A stretch of DNA of 64,000 nt, taken from NCBI GenBank assembly GCA_005240145.1, contig SBAS01000115.1:4188-68187 (forward strand), read 5' to 3'. Positions 56,524 to 64,000 of the stretch are shown here, piece after piece. Each line of letters starts with the position of its first letter. Position 1 is the stretch's first letter. The notes under the pieces are model-generated. The model saw nothing but the letters and a program-made list of their open reading frames with translations, had not been told where the DNA came from and did not search any database. The DNA is from Nitrosomonadales bacterium (lineage in GTDB: Bacteria > Pseudomonadota > Gammaproteobacteria > Burkholderiales > SG8-39). Made by a program: the position numbers and the translations under genes.

Positions 56524-57251
56524 TGCCGGCCATTCTTGCCATCAACCCGAACACCACGGCTGCCATCACCGCGCTCCTGGAGCGCCACCTGCGCGGCGCG
56601 GCGCCCGGCATCGAATGGCGCATGGCGGGCGGCCGGTTCGGCGCCCGCTACATCACGAGCGAAGCCGCCAGCGCGATCGCCGCGCACGCTGCGCTGGACG
56701 CCTGGGCGAACCATGCGCAGGGTTGCGATGCGGTCCTGCTCGCCTGCTTCGGCGACCCGGGCCTGCACGCGCTGCGCGAAGTGAGCGCGGTCCCGGTGCT
56801 CGGCATGGCGGAGGCCTCGATGCGCGTCGCCGCCCGCGAGGCCGGACGCTTTGCGATCGTCACCGGCGGCGATCGCTGGGGTCCGATGCTCACGCGCCTT
56901 GCGCGCGAGCTGGGATTCGGCGATGCGCTCGCGGGCGTGCGCACCATCGCACTCACCGGGGCGCAGGCGGCCGCCGACCCGGACGCCGCCGTGCACGTGC
57001 TGGCCGACGAATGCCGCGCGGCAAGGCGGGGCGCGGACGCGGTGATCCTCGGCGGCGCCGGCTTCGCCGGGCTCGCCGCGCGCGTTTCGCCATTGGCCGG
57101 CTTCCCTATCATCGACAGCGTGAGCGCGGGCGCAAGCGAGGCGGCTGCCCTGTGCGCTGGCGCGCCCTGGCCTTACCCGCGCCCTGCGCCCGGGCACCAT
57201 GCGCCTTCGACCGGCCTGGATGCGGTGCTCGCCGAGCGGCTGTCGGGCTGA
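56523..57251 (+). CDS. Asp/Glu/hydantoin racemase family protein (allantoin racemase-like; only one of the two catalytic Cys)
   Basis: INPNTT, ACFGDPG (Cys75), PVLGMAEA; second-site motif reads VILGGAGF instead of LGCAGM. Confidence 0.85.
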   Translation: MPAILAINPNTTAAITALLERHLRGAAPGIEWRMAGGRFGARYITSEAASAIAAHAALDAWANHAQGCDAVLLACFGDPGLHALREVSAVPVLGMAEASMRVAAREAGRFAIVTGGDRWGPMLTRLARELGFGDALAGVRTIALTGAQAAADPDAAVHVLADECRAARRGADAVILGGAGFAGLAARVSPLAGFPIIDSVSAGASEAAALCAGAPWPYPRPAPGHHAPSTGLDAVLAERLSG

Positions 57252-57781
57252 TGCCCGGCGCACAGCGCATGCCGCTTGCGGAAATCAATGCGCTGGACGA
57301 GGGAGGCTTTGTTGCGCTGCTTGGCATGGTGTTCGAGCATTCACCCTGGGTCGCGCAGGCGGCGTGGAAGCAGCGGCCGTTTGAATCGATCGAGGTTCTT
57401 CACGAGCAGATGACACGGGTTGTACTGCGGGCCAGCAGGCCTGAACAGCTCGCTCTGATCCTGGCGCATCCGGAGCTTGCAGGCAGCGAGGCGAAGGCCG
57501 GAACGCTCACCCTCGATTCGACGGGAGAACAAGGGCGCCTCGGATTCACCGCGCTCGGCCGCGCGGAACTTGAGAGAATAGCCGGCCTCAACCGTGCCTA
57601 TCGTGAAAAGTTCGGCTTTGCCTGCATCGTCGCGCTGCGGTTGCACGCATCGCGTGAAAGCGTGATCGCGGAGATGGAACGGCGGCGGCACAACGGCCTA
57701 GAATCGGAAATCGCCAACGCGCTCGAGCAGATCGGCCACATCGCCCGAGGGCGGCTCGACAATCTGATTCGGGAGGCCTGA
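57251..57781 (+). CDS. uraD: OHCU decarboxylase
   Basis: [31 protein letters not shown]; start ATG 57251 (or 57269). Confidence 0.9.
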   Translation: MPGAQRMPLAEINALDEGGFVALLGMVFEHSPWVAQAAWKQRPFESIEVLHEQMTRVVLRASRPEQLALILAHPELAGSEAKAGTLTLDSTGEQGRLGFTALGRAELERIAGLNRAYREKFGFACIVALRLHASRESVIAEMERRRHNGLESEIANALEQIGHIARGRLDNLIREA

Positions 57782-57782
57782 G

Positions 57783-58136
57783 ATGGGTTGTCTGTCCACG
57801 CACGTCCTCGATACCGCCACCGGCAAGCCCGCGGCGGGAATGCAGGTCGAACTGTCGCGGCTCCAGAGCGGGGCATGGACGCTCCTGAAAGCGCTGCGCA
57901 CGAACGGCGATGGGCGAACCGACGAACCGCTGCTGGCCGGGGAAGCGCTGACAGCCGGTGAATATCGACTCGTCTTTCACGTCGCGGACTACTTCCGCGC
58001 ACGGGACGTGCAGCTGCCTGAGCCGCCGTTCCTCGACCGCGTGCCGCTGCGCTTCGGCATCGCCGATGCGGCAGCGCATTACCATGTCCCTTTGCTTTGT
58101 TCGCCCTGGAGTTACTCGACGTACCGGGGCAGCTGA
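57783..58136 (+). CDS. uraH: 5-hydroxyisourate hydrolase (transthyretin-like)
   Basis: [28 protein letters not shown]-terminal YRGS. Confidence 0.96.
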   Translation: MGCLSTHVLDTATGKPAAGMQVELSRLQSGAWTLLKALRTNGDGRTDEPLLAGEALTAGEYRLVFHVADYFRARDVQLPEPPFLDRVPLRFGIADAAAHYHVPLLCSPWSYSTYRGS

Positions 58137-58182
58137 CGACGACCAAAGAGGCATAACCACGAACTAGCGCGCGGGCGCGCTT

Positions 58183-59499
58183 TCATGTCGGCGCGTGACG
58201 GCCGGCTGCATAGACTTCTCGTCCCATCGCATAGGTAGCGGCGATGCAGCGATCGTCGCCGAGCATGATCATGGCGAACAGCTTTTCGGGCAGGCTGCGC
58301 GCGTGGCGCATGCGCCGCTCGAGCAACGGTGTCGCCGCAAGGTCGATGACCACGAAATCGCCCTCCTTTCCTGCCTCGAAGCTGCCGATCTTGTGCTCGA
58401 GTTTCAGCGCCTGCGCGCCGCCGAGCGTCGCGAGATAGAGCGCCCGGTAGGGCGACAAGGTCTGCCCGCCGAGCTGGGCGACCTTGTAGGCTTCCTGCAT
58501 CGTGCGCAGCATGCTGAAGCTCGTTCCGGCCCCTACATCGGTTCCGAGGCCCACCGCCAGGCCGCACTCTCGCGCGCGCAGCAGATCGAAAAGGCCGCTG
58601 CCTAGAAAAAGATTCGCAGTCGGGCAAAACGCGACCATCGCCCCGCGCTCGGCCATCAGCTTGCGGTCCGCATGGTCGAGGTGAATGCAGTGTGCGAACA
58701 CCGATCGCGGGCGAACCAGGCCGAAGCCGGCGTACACGTCCAGGTAACTGCGGCTCGAAGGGAAGAGTTCCGCGACCCAAGTGACCTCGCTGCGGTTTTC
58801 GGCGAGGTGCGTGTGCAGATAAACGTCGGGAAACTCCTCAAGCAGCCGGCCCGCGCGCCGCAGCTGCTCTGCGGAGGACGTCGGCGCAAAGCGCGGCGTC
58901 ACGGCGTAGAGCATACGGTCGCGGCCATGCCAGCGCTCGATCAGCGCACGGGTCTGCGCATCGCCGCTTGCCGGGGTGTCCCGCAGATCTTCAGGGCAGT
59001 TGCGATCCATGAGCACCTTGCCCGCAATCATGCGCAAGCCACGCACCCGCGAGGCCTCGAAGATCGCCTCCACCGACTGCGGGTGCACGGTGCCGAGCAC
59101 CAGTGCGGTCGTGGTGCCGTTGCGCAGCAGCTCCTCAAGGAAGAAGTCCGCCACCTCGCGCGCGTGAGCCGGATCCTCGAACCGGCGCTCTGCCGGGAAG
59201 GTGTACTTTTCCAGCCAATCGAGCAGCTGCTCGCCGTACGAGGCGATCATGTCGGTCTGCGGATAATGGATGTGGCAGTCCACGAACCCGGGCAGCAGCA
59301 GCTTGCCCGAAAAATCCTTCAACACCGTCTGTGCAGGCAAGCGCTGAAGCAAGGCCTGCGCGTCGCCGGCTTCGAGGACGTGACCGTCGCGCAGCAGGAG
59401 CAGGCCGTCTTCGAAATACTCCGCGCCGGACGAACCTTCCCCGCCCGGATCGCGCAGGAAGTGGAGCAGACTGCCCCGCACGGCGAGCATATCGCTCAT
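58183..59499 (-). CDS. guaD: Guanine deaminase
   Basis: PGFVDCHIHYPQ, LLRNGTTTA, TPRFAPTS, HTHLAEN, HCIHL, SNLF-like TANLFLGSG, GTDVGAG. Confidence 0.95.
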   Translation of the reverse strand: MSDMLAVRGSLLHFLRDPGGEGSSGAEYFEDGLLLLRDGHVLEAGDAQALLQRLPAQTVLKDFSGKLLLPGFVDCHIHYPQTDMIASYGEQLLDWLEKYTFPAERRFEDPAHAREVADFFLEELLRNGTTTALVLGTVHPQSVEAIFEASRVRGLRMIAGKVLMDRNCPEDLRDTPASGDAQTRALIERWHGRDRMLYAVTPRFAPTSSAEQLRRAGRLLEEFPDVYLHTHLAENRSEVTWVAELFPSSRSYLDVYAGFGLVRPRSVFAHCIHLDHADRKLMAERGAMVAFCPTANLFLGSGLFDLLRARECGLAVGLGTDVGAGTSFSMLRTMQEAYKVAQLGGQTLSPYRALYLATLGGAQALKLEHKIGSFEAGKEGDFVVIDLAATPLLERRMRHARSLPEKLFAMIMLGDDRCIAATYAMGREVYAAGRHAPT

Positions 59500-59524
59500 C
59501 CGGGGCCGCGGTCCCGCGCCATGC

Positions 59525-60613
59525 CTACTTCTTCGGCAGCTGGCCTTGCACGCCCTCGACGTAGTAGTCCATCACCGCAAGCTGGTCGTCGGGCATGGAC
59601 TTGCCGGCGGCAACGCGCTCCTTGCCGCCCTGGTCCTTCACCGGGCCGGCGAACGCATGCAGCTTGCCCAAGCGCAGGTCGGCCTCGGCCCTGGCGACCA
59701 TCTCCTGCACGTCCTTCGGCACCACGGGATTGATCGGCGCGAGCTTGACCATGCCGTCCTTGATCCCGCCCCAGATGTTCGAGGGCTTGTGCTTGCCGGC
59801 GATCGCCTCCTGCGCCACCCTGGTATAGAAGGCACCCCACTGGTGCGTGCTCGCGGTGAGGTGCGCTTTGGGCCCGTACTTCGACATGTCGGAGTGGTAG
59901 CCGAAGGCGTAGACGCCTTTCTCCTGTGCCGCCTGCACCGGGGCGGTGGAATCGGTGTGCTGGCTGATGATGTCCGCGCCCTGCGATATCAGCGTCGTGG
60001 CGGCTTCGCGCTCGCGGCCCGGGTCGTACCAGGAATTCACCCAGATCACTTTGACCTCGGCCTTCGGATTCACGCTGCGCATGCCGCGTGTGAAGGCGTT
60101 GATGCCTTGCAGCACCTCCGGAATCGGGAAGGCGGCCACGTAGCCCGCGATGTTCGACTTGGTCATCTTGCCGGCGATGATGCCGGTGAGGTAACGGCCC
60201 TCGTAGAAACGTGCGTTGTAGGTGCCGACGTTGTTTTCGCGCTTGTAGCCGGTGGCGTGCTCGAAGGAAACCTTGGGGAAGGATTTCGCCACCTTGACGG
60301 TCGGGTTCATGTAGCCGAAGGAAGTGGTGAACACCAGCGCATGCCCGCTCGCGGCGAGCTCGCGGATTACGCGCTCGGCGTCCGCCCCTTCGGTGACGTT
60401 CTCGACATATTTGGTCGCCACCTTCGCGCCGAGCACTTTTTCCATCTCCTTGCGCCCGAGGTCGTGCTGGTGGGTCCAACCGGCATCGCCGATCGGACTG
60501 ACGTAGACGAAACCGATCTTCAGCGGTTGTTGCGCCTGCGCGCTTCCCGCCACCGCAACTGCCGCAGCGGCAGTGGCCGCACCGAGAAATTTCACTATCT
60601 GATGGCGAATCAT
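59525..60613 (-). CDS. BMP-family ABC substrate-binding protein (purine/nucleoside type)
   Basis: GFVYVSPIGDAGWT, FTTSFGY, YNARFYEGRY, PIPEV, QHTDS; start ATG 60613. Confidence 0.92.
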   Translation of the reverse strand: MIRHQIVKFLGAATAAAAVAVAGSAQAQQPLKIGFVYVSPIGDAGWTHQHDLGRKEMEKVLGAKVATKYVENVTEGADAERVIRELAASGHALVFTTSFGYMNPTVKVAKSFPKVSFEHATGYKRENNVGTYNARFYEGRYLTGIIAGKMTKSNIAGYVAAFPIPEVLQGINAFTRGMRSVNPKAEVKVIWVNSWYDPGREREAATTLISQGADIISQHTDSTAPVQAAQEKGVYAFGYHSDMSKYGPKAHLTASTHQWGAFYTRVAQEAIAGKHKPSNIWGGIKDGMVKLAPINPVVPKDVQEMVARAEADLRLGKLHAFAGPVKDQGGKERVAAGKSMPDDQLAVMDYYVEGVQGQLPKK

Positions 60614-60651
60614 TTTGCTTCTTCTCCTTGGTTGAACAAGTCTGGCCGCAC

Positions 60652-61575
60652 TCACGCATCCGGATGATAAGGCTTGCCCAGCGACACCGGCGCATTCAGC
60701 CGGATGATATTCGGGTGGCGCGAAATCAGCACCAGCACGACGATGGTCGCCAGGTACGGCAGGCTGGACAGCAGCTGCGAGGCCACTGCCACGCCCGCGC
60801 CCTGCGCGAAGAACTGCGCGATCGTGACGCCGCCAAAGAGGTAGGCACCGGCCAGGACGCGCCCCGGGCGCCAGGTGGCGAAGACCACCAGCGCGAGCGC
60901 GATCCAGCCGCGTCCAGCGGTCATGCCCTCGACCCACATCGGGGTGTAGACGATCGACAGAAACGCCCCGCCGATCCCGGCCATGGCGCCGCCGAACAGC
61001 GTCGCCAGGTAGCGGATGGCGATCACCGGGTAGCCGATGGCGTTGGCCGACACCGGCGATTCACCCACCGCGCGCAGCACCAGTCCGGCCCGGCTGCGAT
61101 AGAGGAACCAGCTCACCAGGGCCACCAGCAGCCAGGACAGATAGACCAGCGGCTGGTGCGAGAACAGCATCGGGCCTAGCAGCGGAACATCCGACAGCAG
61201 CGGAATTCTGAATACCAGCGGTGCTTGCAATGCAATGCTTTCCAGGGGCTTGCCGGCGAAGGCCGACAGTCCGAGGCCGAACAGGCTCAAGGCGAGCCCC
61301 GCCGCCACCTGGTTGGCCTGCAGCGTCAGCGCGAGCGCCGCGAACACCAGCGACATCGCCGCGCCCGCGAGCATGCCGGCGATTACGCCCACCCATGTGT
61401 TGCCGCTGGCCACGGTGGCGGCGAACGCGGCGATGGCCCCCACCAGCATCATGCCCTCGACGCCCAGGTTGAGAACGCCGGATTTCTCGGTCACCAGTTC
61501 ACCGAGCGCGGCGAACACCAACGGCGTGCCCGCTGCGAGCGTGGCGACGACGATCGGCACGAGCAGTTCGGTCAC
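60652..61575 (-). CDS. ABC permease (nucleoside/CUT2 type)
   Basis: EKSGVLNLGVEGMM, LRAVGESP, GRGWIALA; start GTG 61575. Confidence 0.9.
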   Translation of the reverse strand: MTELLVPIVVATLAAGTPLVFAALGELVTEKSGVLNLGVEGMMLVGAIAAFAATVASGNTWVGVIAGMLAGAAMSLVFAALALTLQANQVAAGLALSLFGLGLSAFAGKPLESIALQAPLVFRIPLLSDVPLLGPMLFSHQPLVYLSWLLVALVSWFLYRSRAGLVLRAVGESPVSANAIGYPVIAIRYLATLFGGAMAGIGGAFLSIVYTPMWVEGMTAGRGWIALALVVFATWRPGRVLAGAYLFGGVTIAQFFAQGAGVAVASQLLSSLPYLATIVVLVLISRHPNIIRLNAPVSLGKPYHPDA

Positions 61576-62642
61576 GCGGCGGCCCTGCGCAGCAGGCGCA
61601 CGCGATAGTGGATCAGCACGTCCGAGCCGAGCAGGAAAAAAAGCAACATGCCCTGGAACAGCCCGGTGATCGCCGAGGGCAGACGCAGCTCCATCTGCGC
61701 TGCTTCGCCGCCCAGGTAGAGCAGCGACATCAGCAGGCTGGCGAAGAAAATGCCGACCGGATTCAGGCGTCCGACGAAGGCCACGATGATCGCCGCGAAG
61801 CCGTAGCCCGGGGAAATCGAGGGCGTGAGCTGGCCGATCGGGCCGGCGACTTCGCCGACCCCCGCGATGCCGGCAGCCGCACCGCCGGCAAGCATGCCGA
61901 TCCACACGCTGCGCCGCGCGCTGAAACCGGCGTATCTCGCGGCAGCGCCGGCGAGGCCGGCGACACGCATCTGGTAGCCGAGGAAACTCTTCGCGACGAA
62001 CAACCAGCCGCAGGCGACCACCGCCAGCGCGACGAGAAAACCGGCGTTGAGGCGCGTGCTGTCGAGGAGGATCGGGTAGAGGGCTGCATCGGCGAACATC
62101 TTCGACTGCGGGAAATTGAAGCCCTGCGGATCGCGCCAGGGCTCCTGCACCAGGTACGACAGCAGCAGGGAGGCGACATAGACCAGCATCAGGCTGACCA
62201 GGATTTCATTGGTGTTGAAGCGGCTGCGCAGCAGCGCGGGAATCGCCGCCCAGAGCATGCCGCCCAGCGCGCCGGCAAGCACCATGGCGGCGAGGAGCCA
62301 GCGCGAATCGACGCCGGGCAGATGCAGCGCGAGGCCGCCGCCGAATATGGCACCGAGGATAAGCTGGCCCTCGGCGCCGATGTTCCAGACATTGGCGCGA
62401 TAGCCGATGGCGAGGCCGGTGGCGATCAGCATCAGCGGCGAGGCCTTGAGGAGCAACTCGGCCACACCGTTCAGGCTCGACACCGGCTGTACGAAGAACG
62501 CATAAAACGCCGCGAGCGGATCGCGGCCCAGCGCCAGGGACACGGCGAAGCCCGCGACTATTGTCAGCGCTGCCGCTACCAGTGGCGGGAGGTAGCGCAT
62601 GGCTCGCGAAGGCGCGGCGCGCGCTTCGAGCCTAAGCCACAT
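61572..62642 (-). CDS. ABC permease (nucleoside/CUT2 type)
   Basis: WNIGAEGQ, NEILVSLML, GYGFAAIIVAFVGRLNP. Confidence 0.9.
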   Translation of the reverse strand: MWLRLEARAAPSRAMRYLPPLVAAALTIVAGFAVSLALGRDPLAAFYAFFVQPVSSLNGVAELLLKASPLMLIATGLAIGYRANVWNIGAEGQLILGAIFGGGLALHLPGVDSRWLLAAMVLAGALGGMLWAAIPALLRSRFNTNEILVSLMLVYVASLLLSYLVQEPWRDPQGFNFPQSKMFADAALYPILLDSTRLNAGFLVALAVVACGWLFVAKSFLGYQMRVAGLAGAAARYAGFSARRSVWIGMLAGGAAAGIAGVGEVAGPIGQLTPSISPGYGFAAIIVAFVGRLNPVGIFFASLLMSLLYLGGEAAQMELRLPSAITGLFQGMLLFFLLGSDVLIHYRVRLLRRAAA

Positions 62643-64000
62643 GCGAAGTCCCCTCCGGCGCGCCGTTGCCGGCGCCGGGCCACAGGCCGCTCATCCACAT
62701 GCCGATTTCCGCGACGCTGGTGTTGCGCGCGCGAACGGCCGGCGACAGGCGGCCTTTGGCGAGGACGGCGATGCGGTCGCAGATCTCGAACAGCTCATCC
62801 AGTTCCTCCGAGATCACCAGGATCGCGGCGCCCGCGTTGCGCAGCTCGACGAGCGCCTGGCGGATGAATGCCGCCGCCCCGACATCCACGCCCCAGGTAG
62901 GCTGCGAGACCACCAGCACCCTGGGCGACTGCAGCAGTTCGCGCCCGACGATGAATTTCTGCAGATTGCCGCCCGACAGGCTTTTCGCCTCGGCCTCGGT
63001 GCCGCTGCTCTTGACCGTGAACTTCTCTATGGCGTCGCGCGCGAATGCGCGCAGGCGTTCGGGCCGAACCAGCCCGCCGCGCACCAATCCCATGCTGCGA
63101 TGCGCGGTGAGCAGCGCGTTCTCGGCGAGCGTCATCTCGGGCACCGCTCCGCGCCCCAGCCGTTCCTCGGGCACGAAACCCAGGCCGAGCGACCGGCGCA
63201 GCCCTGCATCAAGGCGCCCGGCCTCGACGCCCAGTAGTTGCACCGGCGCCGCATTTGCCAAGGGCACCTCGCCGGACAGCGCCCCCAGCAGTTCCTGCTG
63301 TCCGTTGCCTGAAACCCCGGCGATGCCGACGATTTCTCCCGCGTGCACGCTGAGATGGATATCCCGCAGGTCGGTGCCGAAGGGGTCCTCCGAGCGCTGC
63401 GACAGCCCGGCAAGCACCAGTCGCGCCTCGCCTCCCTGCTTCGCTTGCGGGTGCTCGCAGACCGGCAGATCCTTGCCGATCATCATGCGCGCCAGGGACG
63501 AGGCGGACTCCTGGCGCGGGTCGCAGTTGCCGGTGACCTTGCCGGCGCGCAGTACTGTCGCGGCATGGCACAGCGCCTGAATCTCGTCAAGCTTGTGGCT
63601 GATGTAGAGGATCGAGCAACCTTCTGCAGCGATCTGGCGCAGCGTGTCGAAAAGTTTCTGCACCGCCTGCGGCGTGAGCACCGAGGTGGGCTCGTCCATG
63701 ATGAGGAGTCTCGGTTGCTGCAGGAGGCAGCGCAGGATCTCGACGCGCTGGCGCTCGCCGACGGAAAGCGAATGCACCAGGCGCCGCGGGTCGAGCGGCA
63801 GGCCGTAGCGCGCGGAAACCTCCTCGATGCGGCGCGAGAGCGCCGCGAGGTCGCGTTCGCGATCGAGCGCCAGCGCCACGTTCTCGACCACGGTGAGCGT
63901 TTCGAACAGCGAGAAGTGCTGGAACACCATGCCGATGCCCAGGCTGCGCGCGGCCCGGGGATGGGCGATCTCGATCTGCCGGCCGTCCCAGCGGATCTCC
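62632..64000 (-). CDS. ABC ATP-binding protein with tandem ATPase domains (5' end outside the window)
   Basis: Frame stays open past the track start 63930 to the edge (EIRWDGRQIEIAHPRAARSLGIGMVFQHF); LSVGERQRVE, MDEPT, LSGGNLQK. Confidence 0.92.
   Translation of the reverse strand, partial: EIRWDGRQIEIAHPRAARSLGIGMVFQHFSLFETLTVVENVALALDRERDLAALSRRIEEVSARYGLPLDPRRLVHSLSVGERQRVEILRCLLQQPRLLIMDEPTSVLTPQAVQKLFDTLRQIAAEGCSILYISHKLDEIQALCHAATVLRAGKVTGNCDPRQESASSLARMMIGKDLPVCEHPQAKQGGEARLVLAGLSQRSEDPFGTDLRDIHLSVHAGEIVGIAGVSGNGQQELLGALSGEVPLANAAPVQLLGVEAGRLDAGLRRSLGLGFVPEERLGRGAVPEMTLAENALLTAHRSMGLVRGGLVRPERLRAFARDAIEKFTVKSSGTEAEAKSLSGGNLQKFIVGRELLQSPRVLVVSQPTWGVDVGAAAFIRQALVELRNAGAAILVISEELDELFEICDRIAVLAKGRLSPAVRARNTSVAEIGMWMSGLWPGAGNGAPEGTSHVA

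Overview
GC-rich bacterial chromosome segment, most likely from a Betaproteobacterium (three Bug/TctC solute receptors and conserved gshB-EIIA-ptsH-ptsI, leuS-lptE-holA-proA-nadD-rsfS-rlmH-maf-rng, uvrD-ilvA and ygfA/slt blocks). Four accessory modules interrupt the housekeeping backbone. (1) 1-9717: a PUFA-synthase-like iterative type I PKS (PfaA-like KS-AT-ACP-ACP-KR-DH, >2032 aa, running off the left edge and therefore missing from the supplied ORF track) plus a minimal PfaD-like enoyl reductase, apparently co-transcribed with a family III CoA-transferase and a Bug receptor behind ptsI. (2) 13807-19616: an acyl-CoA catabolic cassette just after tRNA-Arg(CCG). (3) 24254-27081: an insertion between rlmH and maf with a MazF-type toxin-antitoxin pair, a collapsed ABC binding-protein remnant and an orphan molybdopterin enzyme. 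(4) 43298-64000: a large purine/ureide catabolic region (AllG/FdrA, PucG, PuuE, atypical M20, allantoate amidohydrolase, peptide-type ABC importer, single-Cys racemase-fold protein, UraD, UraH, GuaD, BMP-type ABC importer). Fine-scale observations include two copies of a REP-like palindrome, a different REP-like hairpin read in frame inside the PKS, short coupled mini-ORFs, and -10-like hexamers very close to several start codons. No CRISPR array, rRNA, integrase or transposase was seen. All calls come from motif recognition by eye; no database searches were run.
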